The notes beneath the pieces were generated by a model. That model had not been told where the DNA came from. It saw only the letters and a program-made list of their open reading frames with translations, and did no database searches. From positions 50,243 to 74,242 of the forward strand of contig NZ_BAAAQM010000050.1 in assembly GCF_039531675.1 (NCBI RefSeq): a stretch of 24,000 bases of DNA. Direction: 5' to 3'. Shown piece by piece: positions 9,179 to 20,126 of the stretch (its first letter is position 1; each line of letters starts with the position of its first letter). Source of the DNA: Catenulispora subtropica (GTDB lineage: Bacteria > Actinomycetota > Actinomycetes > Streptomycetales > Catenulisporaceae). A program made the translations under genes and the position numbers.

Positions 9179-9718
9179 TCAGCCGGCGCAGGCGGTGCCC
9201 ATCGCGGTGGCGTCGGTCCGGAGCGAGGACATGTCCGGCGTGCCGCTGCCCAGCGAGTTCGCGATCTTCGCGTAGTCGTCGCCGAGCTTGTTGATCGCGG
9301 AGGCCGCGTCCGGCTTCTTCGACTTGCCGGCGGCGTCGTGCATCTTGGCCGCGATGTCCTGGAGCATCTTCTTGCCGCTGGCCGGGTCGCCCGGGTTCAG
9401 GCCGTTCAGCGCGTTGGACGCGGCGTCCATGGCGGCCTTGCAGCCTGGGTCGTCGAAGGCGCCTCCGAGGCTGTCGCCCCCGGAGGACGAGTCCGACGAG
9501 GAGGACGAGTCCGACGAAGGCGTCGAACCGCCCGAGGAGTCGCTGTCCGAGGACTTCGAGGACGACTTGTCGCCCGCCGGGGCGCTCGAGGTCTTGTCGC
9601 CGCCGCCCTTGGCCGAGGTGCCGCCGACGCTGCCTGACGAGGAGCAGCCCGCGAGCAGGAAAGCCGACGCGGCCAGGGCCACGCCGACGGTCGTGCGTAT
9701 GCCACGCGAGGTGGACAT
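9179..9718 (-). CDS. Lipoprotein with a Ser/Asp-rich linker and a helical two-Cys C-terminal domain (unknown function)
   Basis: MSTSRGIRTTVGVALAASAFLLAGC carries a LAGC lipobox. This is followed by an S/D/G low-complexity tract and then ...DDPGCKAAMDAASNALNGL...TAMGTACAG. ATG at 9718 has GGGGG upstream. The 251-aa ORF-track N-extension is not protein-like. Confidence 0.75.
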   Translation of the reverse strand: MSTSRGIRTTVGVALAASAFLLAGCSSSGSVGGTSAKGGGDKTSSAPAGDKSSSKSSDSDSSGGSTPSSDSSSSSDSSSGGDSLGGAFDDPGCKAAMDAASNALNGLNPGDPASGKKMLQDIAAKMHDAAGKSKKPDAASAINKLGDDYAKIANSLGSGTPDMSSLRTDATAMGTACAG

Positions 9719-9997
9719 GGTGTTACCCCCATTGTTGAAATGCGTACGTGCAACGTGCGTCCGCCACGCTACCGCACGGTACGGAGGACCCCTCCCCGGA
9801 TCCAAGACTTGGCACCTAAAGTCCCGGTAAAGGCCGGTCGGCATCACGGGAACAGGCATCAACGAACTGACGTCGGCCCCGGCGGGGAGGACGCCGGGCA
9901 CACAGTGGCAGCGCGGTGTTCTCCCCGAATCCACCGTCCGCGGTTATGTTCGAGGGGGACGCCATCTCAATGCGCTGCCATAGATGGGAGAACTGGC

Positions 9998-13006
<3,009 letters not shown>

Positions 13007-13049
13007 GGCACGACGAGCCGTCGCGGGCGGGGTCGTTTAGCCTGGGGCC

Positions 13050-13388
13050 ATGAGCGCTGCCAAAGAGCGGTTCGCCGAGTTGGTGACGTGCTATCTCGGC
13101 GTGGACGGCGTGACCTGCCCCGGCGCCGAACCGGGAGCGCGGGGTTTCGGGCGCGGCGGGCTGAAGGTCGACGGCAAGCTGTTCTCGATGGTGAGTCAGG
13201 ATCGTCTCGTGCTGAAGCTGCCCGCCGACCGGGTCGACCTCCTCGTGGAGCAAGGCCACGGCGACCGGTTCGCCCCCCGCAAGAACGGCGTCGAGATGCG
13301 CGAGTGGCTCATGCTGGACCCGGACAGCGACCTCGACTGGCACGAGCTGGCCGAGGAAGCACGGAAGTTCGTCGGTTCCGGCGGCTAG
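13050..13388 (+). CDS. TfoX/Sxy N-terminal-domain-like small protein
   Basis: LKVDGKLFSMVSQDRLVLKLPADRVDLLVEQGHGDRFAPRKNGVEMREWLML...WHELAEEARKFV matches the remembered TfoX_N pattern. 112 aa. Confidence 0.6.
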   Translation: MSAAKERFAELVTCYLGVDGVTCPGAEPGARGFGRGGLKVDGKLFSMVSQDRLVLKLPADRVDLLVEQGHGDRFAPRKNGVEMREWLMLDPDSDLDWHELAEEARKFVGSGG

Positions 13389-13996
13389 TGCCCCGCGCCG
13401 GCCCGTGCGGCCCGGCTGGCGGCCACTTCCTCCACCACCTGCGCCAACATCGCCTCAGGATCCTGCTTGGCGGAGTCCAACAGCAGATGCGGCTCCGTCC
13501 ACGGCTCCCACAGACCCTTCATCCGCAGCACGTGTTCCCACGGCACAGTCGGATGCCATCCGGGGATCCCACGGTCCCGGCCCGCCACCCGGGCCCGGTG
13601 CGCCATCGTGTCCGAGCAGACGCACTCCACGCCCACCAGGCGCGCCCCCAGGTTCTCGGCGACCCGCCGATACCGCTCCCGCGCCGCCGCCTGATGACCG
13701 GTCAGGTCCAGCACCACGTCCAGGCCCAGTTGCAGTTGCCGCGCGAGCGGAGCGATCACGACCATCTCGGCGAGCGGGTCGACGTTCTCGTCGGTGAACA
13801 CCCGGAACGGGGTGAGCGCCCCGAGCTGCCAGTCCATGGAGAAGACCGGCGCGCGCAGGTGCCTGGCCAGGCCCTCCGCCAGGGTGCTCTTGCCGGTACC
13901 CGGAACCCCGGCGACGAGGACCGCCACCGGCGTCGCCGACGGGTCGAGGGGGACCAGGCGCTCGTAGGACTCGAAGGCGGGGGAGTAGTCGGTCAT
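13385..13996 (-). CDS. P-loop NTPase / AAA_33-type kinase-like ATPase
   Basis: Walker A motif LVAGVPGTGKSTLAEGLA. 203 aa. Its stop overlaps the TfoX-like stop by 4 nt (CTAG). Confidence 0.75.
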   Translation of the reverse strand: MTDYSPAFESYERLVPLDPSATPVAVLVAGVPGTGKSTLAEGLARHLRAPVFSMDWQLGALTPFRVFTDENVDPLAEMVVIAPLARQLQLGLDVVLDLTGHQAAARERYRRVAENLGARLVGVECVCSDTMAHRARVAGRDRGIPGWHPTVPWEHVLRMKGLWEPWTEPHLLLDSAKQDPEAMLAQVVEEVAASRAARAGAGH

Positions 13997-14059
13997 GCGG
14001 TGACCATAGGCGCTTTTCGGGACCGCTCTGCCTGGGATCGCTGACAGCGAACTGACTTC

Positions 14060-15226
14060 TCAGCCCATGTGCAGCCGTCCCAGCCGCTGCACGGCCTCGG
14101 CGAGCACCTCGTCCTTCTTGCAGAACGCGAACCGCACCAGGCTCCGGGCCGCCGCGGTGTCGTCGTAGAACACCTGGTTCGGGATCGCGACGACGCCGCA
14201 GCGTTCAGGCAGCGCGCGGCAGAAGGCCATCCCGTCCTCCTCGCTCAGGCCGCTGATATCCGTCGTGACGAAGTACGTCCCGTCCGGGCGGAACACCTCG
14301 AACCCGGCCGCGGCCAGCCCGGCCGTCAGCAGGTCGCGCTTGCGCCGCAGGTCCGTGCGCAGCGTCGTGAAGTACTCGTCCGGCAGAGCGAGTGCCGTTG
14401 CCGCGGCGTACTGGAACGGCCCGCCGGAGACGTAGGTGAGGAACTGCTTGGCGCTGCGGACCGCCGACACCAGCGCCGGTGGCGCCGTCACCCAGCCGAT
14501 CTTCCAGCCGGTGAAGGAGAACGTCTTCCCGGCCGAGCCGATCGTCACCGTCCGCTCGCGCATCCCCGGCAGCGTGGCCAGGGGGATGTGCTCGGCGCCG
14601 AACGTCAGGTGTTCGTACACCTCGTCGGTCACCACCAGCAGGTCCCGCTCCCGCGCCAGCTCGGCGACCGCCTCGGACTCGGCCCGGGTGAGCACCATCC
14701 CGGTGGGGTTGTGCGGGGTGTTGAGCAGCAGCAGCCTCGTGCGATCGGTGACGGCGGCGCGCAGCGCGTCCAGATCCGGGCGGAAACCCGGCGGCCGCAG
14801 GGTGACCGGCACGCGGACGCCGCCGGCCATCGCGATGCACGCCGCGTAGGAGTCGTAGTAGGGCTCGAAGGCCACGACCTCGTCGCCCGGCTCCAACAGG
14901 GCCAGCAGGGCCGCCGCGATGGCCTCGGTGGCGCCGGCGGTCACCAGCACCTCGGAGTCCGGGTCGAAGTCCAGGCCGTAGAAGCGCTTCTGGTGCTCGG
15001 CCACCGCCGTCCGCAACTCCGGGATCCCGGGTCCCGGCGGGTACTGGTTCCCGCGGCCCGCCAGCACCGCCTCCGCCGCCGCCTGCTTGACCTCCTCCGG
15101 CCCGTCGGTGTCCGGGAAGCCCTGCCCCAGGTTGATCGAGCCGGTCGCGGCGGCCAGTGCCGACATCTCGGCGAAGATGGTGGTGCCCATCGGGGCCAGG
15201 CGGCTGTTGACGTAGGGGGTGCGCAT
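14060..15226 (-). CDS. PLP-dependent class I/II aminotransferase (DapC / kynurenine-aminotransferase-like)
   Basis: MRTPYVNSRLAPMGTTIFAEMSALA...INLGQGFPD...LLLNTPHNPTGMV...SAGKTFSFTGWKIGW (PLP lysine motif). ATG at 15226 with AGGA upstream. The 77-aa N-extension in the ORF track is not protein-like. Confidence 0.88.
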   Translation of the reverse strand: MRTPYVNSRLAPMGTTIFAEMSALAAATGSINLGQGFPDTDGPEEVKQAAAEAVLAGRGNQYPPGPGIPELRTAVAEHQKRFYGLDFDPDSEVLVTAGATEAIAAALLALLEPGDEVVAFEPYYDSYAACIAMAGGVRVPVTLRPPGFRPDLDALRAAVTDRTRLLLLNTPHNPTGMVLTRAESEAVAELARERDLLVVTDEVYEHLTFGAEHIPLATLPGMRERTVTIGSAGKTFSFTGWKIGWVTAPPALVSAVRSAKQFLTYVSGGPFQYAAATALALPDEYFTTLRTDLRRKRDLLTAGLAAAGFEVFRPDGTYFVTTDISGLSEEDGMAFCRALPERCGVVAIPNQVFYDDTAAARSLVRFAFCKKDEVLAEAVQRLGRLHMG

Positions 15227-15271
15227 ACCGTCATCCTGCCGCACGCCGGCCCGGCCGACAGTGTGCGAGTG

Positions 15272-15400
15272 GCCGGAACGAGGGACGAGCCGCAGTTCCG
15301 GGAGCGCTTCGCCCGGGAGGTGGCGATGGTCCGTGCGGTGTCGGGCCCGTTCGTCGTACCGGTCGTGGACGCCGTGCCGACCTCCCAGCCGGACCCGCCG
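15272..15400 (+). pseudogene. Relic fragment of a Ser/Thr protein kinase catalytic domain (subdomain II-IV region only)
   Basis: This frame translates to GTRDEPQFRERFAREVAMVRAVSGPFVVPVVDAVPTSQPDPP. That matches the actinobacterial STK pattern DPxFRxRFxREVxxARxVSGxFxAPVVDAD. There is no start codon, no kinase N-lobe before it and no catalytic loop after it. The frame runs out of frame into the LLM gene. Confidence 0.6.
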
Positions 15401-15437
15401 TCCACCACCCTCGGCCCGCATGGGCCACAATTGGGTC

Positions 15438-16364
15438 ATGGACTTGCGCATCTTCACCGAGCCGCAGCAGGGCGCCAGCTACGACACGCTCCTGGCCGTC
15501 GCGAAGGCCACGGAGGACCTGGGCTTCGACGCCTTCTTCCGGTCCGACCACTACCTGAAGATGGGGAGCGTCACCGGCCTGCCCGGTCCCACCGACGCCT
15601 GGATCACCCTGGCCGGCCTCGCCCGGGAGACCAAGCGCATCAAGCTCGGCACGCTCGTGACCCCGGTCACCTTCCGGCTGCCCGGGCCGCTCGCCATCTC
15701 GGTGGCGCAGGTCGACGCGATGGCCGGCCCCGGCCGCGTGGAGCTGGGGCTGGGCACGGGCTGGTTCGGCGAGGAGCACACCGCGTACGGGATCCCGTTC
15801 CCGGACAAGCGGTTCGACCTCCTGGAGGAGCAGCTGCAGATCGTCACCGGGCTGTGGAACACCCCGGACGGCGAGACGTTCAGCTTCAAGGGCGAGCACT
15901 ACAGCCTCGCCGACTCCCCGGCGCTGCCGAAGCCGGCGACCAGCCCGCACCCGCCGATCATCATCGGCGGCGGCGGTCCGAAGCGCACCCCGCGCCTGGC
16001 CGCGCAGTACGCGAGCGAGTTCAACACCTCGTTCCGTCCCTTCGACGACAGCGAGCGCCTGTTCGGCACCGTCCGCGAAGCCGTGTCGGCCAACGGCCGC
16101 CACCCCGACTCGATGACCTACTCCGCCGCCCTGGTGGCCTGCGTCGGCCGCGACGAGGCCGAGTTCGCCCGCCGCGCCGAGGCCATCGGCCGCGAGCCCG
16201 CCGAGCTGCGCGAGAACGGCCTGGCCGGCACGCCGGCGGAGGTGGTGGAGAAGATCGGCCGCTACGCCGCCATCGGCGCCCAGCGCCTGTACCTGCAGAT
16301 CCTCGACCTGTCCGACCTGGACCACCTGGAGCTCATCGCCTCCCAGGTCATGGGCCGGCTCTAG
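15438..16364 (+). CDS. LLM-class F420-dependent oxidoreductase (luciferase-like monooxygenase family)
   Basis: [39 protein letters not shown]... is a classic N-terminus of the F420-dependent LLM subgroup. 308 aa. An alternative ATG at 15420 would add 6 aa. Confidence 0.88.
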   Translation: MDLRIFTEPQQGASYDTLLAVAKATEDLGFDAFFRSDHYLKMGSVTGLPGPTDAWITLAGLARETKRIKLGTLVTPVTFRLPGPLAISVAQVDAMAGPGRVELGLGTGWFGEEHTAYGIPFPDKRFDLLEEQLQIVTGLWNTPDGETFSFKGEHYSLADSPALPKPATSPHPPIIIGGGGPKRTPRLAAQYASEFNTSFRPFDDSERLFGTVREAVSANGRHPDSMTYSAALVACVGRDEAEFARRAEAIGREPAELRENGLAGTPAEVVEKIGRYAAIGAQRLYLQILDLSDLDHLELIASQVMGRL

Positions 16365-16374
16365 CAAGGACCCC

Positions 16375-17184
16375 ATGAACCGCCCCGACCTGCGGGCCGA
16401 CTGCGCCGACTGCTTCGCGCTGTGCTGTGTGGGGCTGACGTTCACGGCGTCCCGCGACTTCGCCATCGACAAGTCCGCCGGGACGCCGTGTCCCCACCTG
16501 GCATCCGACGACCGCTGCTCCATCCACACCGGCCTTCGCGGCCGTGGCTTCCAGGGCTGCACCGTCTACGACTGCTTCGGCGCCGGACAGAAGCTGTCCC
16601 AGCAGACGTTCGGCGGCGTCTCGTGGCGCACCGGCACCCCGGACCGCGCCCGGCAGATGTTCGCGGCCCTGCCGGTGATGCGCCAGCTGCACGAGATGCT
16701 GTGGTACCTGGCCGAGGCCGAGACGCTGGCCGGCGCCTCGGCGTTGAAGACCGAACTCGGATGGTCGGCCGACGAGACCGAGCGCCTGACCCGGTTGCCG
16801 GCCGAGGAACTTCTGGCGCTGGACGTGGCGGCGCACCGCGCCGGGGTCAGCGAACTGCTCGCGGAAGTCAGCGCCCTGGTCCGCGCTGGCGTCGGCGGCG
16901 GCCGGAAGAAGGACCGCCGCGGCGCCGACCTCATCGGCGCGCGGTTGCGCAACGCCGACCTGCGAGGCGCGGACCTGCGGGGCGCGTACCTGATCGGCGC
17001 CGACCTGACGGGCGCCGATCTGCGCAAGGCGGACCTGATCGGTGCGGACTTGCGGGACGCTGTTCTGTGCGGCGCCGACCTCACCGGCGCGGTGTTCGTG
17101 ACGCAGGCTCAGCTGAACGCGGCGCTGGGGGATCAGGGGACGAAGATCCCGGCGGGGATGGCGCGGCCGGGGCACTGGAGCTGA
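16375..17184 (+). CDS. Pentapeptide-repeat protein with an N-terminal Cys-cluster (YkgJ/UPF0153-like CxxCxxxCC) domain
   Basis: N-terminus CADCFALCC...PCPHL...CSIH...CTVYDC. C-terminal repeats are of A(D/N)LxG type ([58 protein letters not shown]). AAGGA RBS precedes the start. Only 10 nt separate it from the LLM stop, so the two genes likely form an operon. Confidence 0.85.
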   Translation: MNRPDLRADCADCFALCCVGLTFTASRDFAIDKSAGTPCPHLASDDRCSIHTGLRGRGFQGCTVYDCFGAGQKLSQQTFGGVSWRTGTPDRARQMFAALPVMRQLHEMLWYLAEAETLAGASALKTELGWSADETERLTRLPAEELLALDVAAHRAGVSELLAEVSALVRAGVGGGRKKDRRGADLIGARLRNADLRGADLRGAYLIGADLTGADLRKADLIGADLRDAVLCGADLTGAVFVTQAQLNAALGDQGTKIPAGMARPGHWS

Positions 17185-17200
17185 TACGTCCGCGCAGGGC

Positions 17201-18271
17201 CTAGTCGATCGTGTAGGCGTCCCCATACACCGACCAGTGCAAGGGCGTGGCCAACGCCAGGTTGCGGTTCTTCACGAACACCCGCTGCTCGGTGTCGATG
17301 CGGCTGGTGTCCTGGTGGCTGGGATCGGCCTTCATCGCGACGATGCGGGCGTCGAGGAACGCGTTCAGGTAGGCGACCTCGTCCCCGCCCTGGGACGGCG
17401 GCTTGGCCTTGCGCAGCGTCGCGGCCCGGATGCCGCCGAAGCTCAGCGAGTCCGAGCCCGGGCCGTGCATCACCAGGGCGTCGTAGTAGATGAACTGGCC
17501 CAGGGCGCCCAGACCGTCGGCCTTGGCCTGACTCACCGCCGGGTTGAAGTACGTGCGGTCGCGCTCGTCGTTCTGCGCCTGCTGGAACAGCGGGTCTGCG
17601 GCCGCGGCCTTCCAGTCCGAGGTGAAGTTCGGGTCCAGGCCGTCGTGGGTGTCGCTGCCGTTGTCCGCCTTCAGCGCGTTGAGATACTTGGCCAGCACGT
17701 TGTTCGGCTTCAGCGCTGTGTAGTGCTGCACGAGTTCCAGCATGTCCCCGGTGCCGGAACAGAAGCCGATGAGGCCGCCGGTGTAGCCGCGGCCGTCCTT
17801 GATGTCCTCGATGTACTTGTACTGCGCGCGCCAGTCCAGGCTGGAGTTCTCCGCGCTGGAGACCAGCTCCATCGCGATCTCCTTCTTGCGCGGGTCGTCC
17901 AGGCCGGTGCCGGACGACGGCGTGGCGGTGGAGGTCGCGGCCGAGGACGGATGCGGCCCGGTCGAGGTCGCCGACGGACGACCCGGAATGTTGCTCCCGC
18001 TCGGCTTGGGAACCGGCGTGCTCGCCGTTGTCGCCGACGGACTGCCCGAGGCGCTGGCCGGGGTAGTAGCGGGAGCCGTGTCGGCCGGCTGACTCGCCGA
18101 GGAGGCGCCACCGGGGCTCGTCGAGACGGTGCCGAGCAGCGGGCTCGACGCGGCGACCGCGCCCTTCGCGGCGTGGTCGCCGGGGCTCGGCACCGCGACC
18201 GCCACACCGACGGCGACCGCCGTCGCCGACACCGCGACCGCGGCCAGGACAGCGTTCGGGGGCATTTTCAT
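17201..18271 (-). CDS. csn: Chitosanase, glycoside hydrolase family 46, secreted, with a long Ser/Thr/Pro/Ala linker
   Basis: The catalytic domain closely matches remembered Streptomyces sp. N174 CsnA: DDPRKKEIAMELVSSAENSSLDWRAQYKYIEDIKDGRGYTGGLIGFCSGTGDMLELVQHYT...FQQAQNDERDRTYFNPAVSQAKADGLGALGQFIYYDALVMHGPG. The catalytic Glu (SAENS) and Asp (DGRGYT) contexts are conserved. Confidence 0.93.
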   Translation of the reverse strand: MKMPPNAVLAAVAVSATAVAVGVAVAVPSPGDHAAKGAVAASSPLLGTVSTSPGGASSASQPADTAPATTPASASGSPSATTASTPVPKPSGSNIPGRPSATSTGPHPSSAATSTATPSSGTGLDDPRKKEIAMELVSSAENSSLDWRAQYKYIEDIKDGRGYTGGLIGFCSGTGDMLELVQHYTALKPNNVLAKYLNALKADNGSDTHDGLDPNFTSDWKAAAADPLFQQAQNDERDRTYFNPAVSQAKADGLGALGQFIYYDALVMHGPGSDSLSFGGIRAATLRKAKPPSQGGDEVAYLNAFLDARIVAMKADPSHQDTSRIDTEQRVFVKNRNLALATPLHWSVYGDAYTID

Positions 18272-18335
18272 GCGGACGAGTATCGAGGTCTCAGGAGCTT
18301 GTCACCACCGATCGCGGCGATCCTGTAAGAAACCT

Positions 18336-18986
18336 TCACCGTCCCCGCTTCATCGCCCCGTCGGCCAGCCCGTCCGCCGCGTCGCCCAGCCGCAGCCCCA
18401 CATCCCCGAGCCGTCGGTACAGCTCCCGAGCCTTCATCGCCTCGGCGGCGTCGCGCTCCGGCGTGCCGCCGGTCAGCAGCGTCGCCAGCTCGTACTGGTA
18501 CGCCCGCACCACCGCTCCGGCCGCCTTGCGCGCGGCCAGCGTCGCGGCGCGCAGATCGCGGCCCGGGCCCAACGCCGCCACCGCCTCGTCCAGCGTCCGG
18601 ATGCCGGCCGAGACCAACGCCGCGAGACCGCGGTACCGGCTCACGTCGGTGACCTGGTACAGGTCCGCTTCGCGCACGAAGTCGCGGAGGGTGTCCAGCA
18701 CGTCGTCGATCGACCGCGACACCCGGTTCAGGTCCTCGCGGTCCACCGGCGGCGAGAGCGTCGCGGCCAGGACCGCCAGCAGGGCCGCCCGCCGGTCGTC
18801 GCCGTCGTGCTCGACCGCCTCCATCCGGGCGCGCGCCGCCTCCCTGCCGGTCGTGCCGTCCAGGAGCGCCGCCGTGAGCTCCGCGCCCTCCGCCGCCACC
18901 GCCACCTGGGCTCGCAGGGCCCTGATCAGGTCGGCGTCCGCGCGTCCGCTGATGGAACGCAGCGTGGTGGCTATGCGGGTCCTCAC
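18336..18986 (-). CDS. DUF47 (PhoU-like/YkaA-type) putative phosphate-transport regulator
   Basis: A helical 216-aa protein (…EAVEHDGDDRRAALLAVLAATLSPPVDREDLNRVSRSIDDVLDTLRDF…). GTG 18986 overlaps the pit stop (GTGA), with AAGGAG 7 nt upstream. The rest of the 394-aa ORF is a shadow frame over pit. Confidence 0.75.
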   Translation of the reverse strand: MRTRIATTLRSISGRADADLIRALRAQVAVAAEGAELTAALLDGTTGREAARARMEAVEHDGDDRRAALLAVLAATLSPPVDREDLNRVSRSIDDVLDTLRDFVREADLYQVTDVSRYRGLAALVSAGIRTLDEAVAALGPGRDLRAATLAARKAAGAVVRAYQYELATLLTGGTPERDAAEAMKARELYRRLGDVGLRLGDAADGLADGAMKRGR

Positions 18987-19975
18987 ACGAGCTCCTTCAC
19001 ACCTGCAGCCAATACCGCCGCCATCCCGGCGCTCAGCGGCAACGTCACCATCCACGCCGCCCCGATCCGCCCCGCCTGCCGCCATCGCACGCGGCGCGCC
19101 CCGGTGCCGAGCCCCGTCCCGAACAGCCCGCCGGCGACCGACTGCGTCATCGAGACCGGGAATCCGAGTGCCGCGCTGCCGAGCACCGCCACGGCCGCGG
19201 CGAGCTCGGCGGTCACCGTGTCCAGCGGCCGCAGCGGCACGATGCCCGACCCCAGCGACGCCGCCGCCCGCGGCAGGCCGAGCAGTGCTCCGAGGCCGAA
19301 CAGCACGCCGCAGCACACCAGCGCGCTGACGCCGAACGGCACCGAGCCCGTCGCGGCGCCGCCGGCGGCCACCGCGCACAGCGCCACCATCTTCTGGCCG
19401 TCGTTCGCGCCGTAGGCCAGGCACTGCAACGGAAACGCGACGCGATGGGTCCGTCCCACGGCCGCGGCGGCCGGCGACCGGCGCGGTCCGGCCAGCCGCA
19501 GCGAGCGCGTCACCAGCCACGCGATCAGGGAGCTGACGACCGGTGCGAGCGCCGCGGCGAGCAGCACGGTGCCGACCGACGCGACCGGCACCGGCAGTCC
19601 CCAGCCGAGCCCGGCGCCGGTGAGACCGCCGACGACGGCCAGCGTCAGCGACGTCGGCAGTCCGCGCAGCGACAGCAGCAGCACCACGGCCAGGGCCACC
19701 GCGACCCCGACCGTCAGCGCGGCGCGGCCGGAGGCGTCGGGGCCGAACCGCACCAGGCGGCCGAGGAACGTCGCCGCCACCCGGGTGCCGAACAGCACGG
19801 GGCCGGCGGTCGTGGCGGCGACCAGCACGCAGAACGAGAACAGCGTGGACAGGCTCGGGATCCGCAGTCCCGGCGAGAGCAGAGCCCCGCCGTCGTTGAT
19901 CCCGCTCACCACGGCGAAGGAGCCGGCCAGCAGGACGAGGGCGGCGGACCAGACCGTCCCGGTCGCTGCGAGCAT
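18983..19975 (-). CDS. pit: Inorganic phosphate transporter, PiT/PHO4 family
   Basis: Polytopic membrane protein of 330 aa carrying the paired PHO4 signatures GINDGG and YGANDGQK. RBS GAAGGG lies upstream of ATG 19975. Confidence 0.85.
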   Translation of the reverse strand: MLAATGTVWSAALVLLAGSFAVVSGINDGGALLSPGLRIPSLSTLFSFCVLVAATTAGPVLFGTRVAATFLGRLVRFGPDASGRAALTVGVAVALAVVLLLSLRGLPTSLTLAVVGGLTGAGLGWGLPVPVASVGTVLLAAALAPVVSSLIAWLVTRSLRLAGPRRSPAAAAVGRTHRVAFPLQCLAYGANDGQKMVALCAVAAGGAATGSVPFGVSALVCCGVLFGLGALLGLPRAAASLGSGIVPLRPLDTVTAELAAAVAVLGSAALGFPVSMTQSVAGGLFGTGLGTGARRVRWRQAGRIGAAWMVTLPLSAGMAAVLAAGVKELV

Positions 19976-19988
19976 CGTCGAGCCCTTC

Positions 19989-20010
19989 GATAGGTGAACG
20001 GAAGGTGAAC
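19989..20010 (-). promoter_or_regulatory. Candidate PHO box (PhoP binding site): two adjacent 11-nt direct-repeat units
   Basis: The minus strand reads GTTCACCTTCC GTTCACCTATC. Each unit fits G(G/T)TCAYYYR(G/C)G at 9 of 11 positions with a perfect GTTCACC core. The site lies 14-35 nt upstream of the pit ATG and about 120 nt upstream of the divergent PhnW-like gene. Confidence 0.55.
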
Positions 20011-20126
20011 GACAGACTAACTCAAGGGGTGGGACGGGAGGTCGGGCGCCCCCAAGGTTTCAGCTATGGGGGCCATGCCAGAACGGGCATCGCGCGCCTC
20101 GTGATCAGCCGCCTAGCCTGAGCGGC

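Noticed and set aside
9483-9517. 18-nt-period tandem repeat gaggacgagtccgacga x2
   Set aside because: It is in-frame coding low complexity (Ser/Asp tract) within the lipoprotein linker. The same applies to the APKAQ repeats at 12150-12203 in rpf.
9098-9637. 179-aa plus-strand ORF with a strong GGGAAGGAG just upstream of GTG 9098
   Set aside because: It runs straight through the 15-bp terminator hairpin. It is fully antisense to the well-supported lipoprotein gene. Its composition is Arg/Gly/Val-rich shadow-frame type. SD-to-start spacing is only about 3 nt.
15219-15457. N-terminal extensions of the LLM ORF (from 15219) and the aminotransferase ORF (to 15457) that would make the two genes overlap
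   Set aside because: Both extensions are Arg/Pro/Ser-rich and not protein-like. Family-typical N-termini begin at 15438 ([13 protein letters not shown]) and 15226 (MRTPYVNSRLAPMG).
16918-17100. 15-nt periodic DNA repeats that might look like a repeat array
   Set aside because: They lie entirely inside a CDS and encode the pentapeptide A(D/N)LxG repeats. There is no spacer/repeat architecture, so this is not CRISPR.
18327-18339. Possible CsnR-type chitosanase operator (AAGAAACCTTCAC) upstream of the GH46 gene
   Set aside because: It is only a partial resemblance to my recollection of the AGGAAA-N-TTTCCT-type box. Dyad symmetry is limited to GAA-N3-TTC. My memory of the consensus is itself uncertain.
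20089-20105. LysR-type box ATC-N11-GAT upstream of the PhnW-like gene
   Set aside because: The spacing gives T-N13-A rather than the canonical T-N11-A. Short GC-rich dyads like this, and the nearby ATGCC-N6-GGCAT at 20075-20090, are expected by chance.
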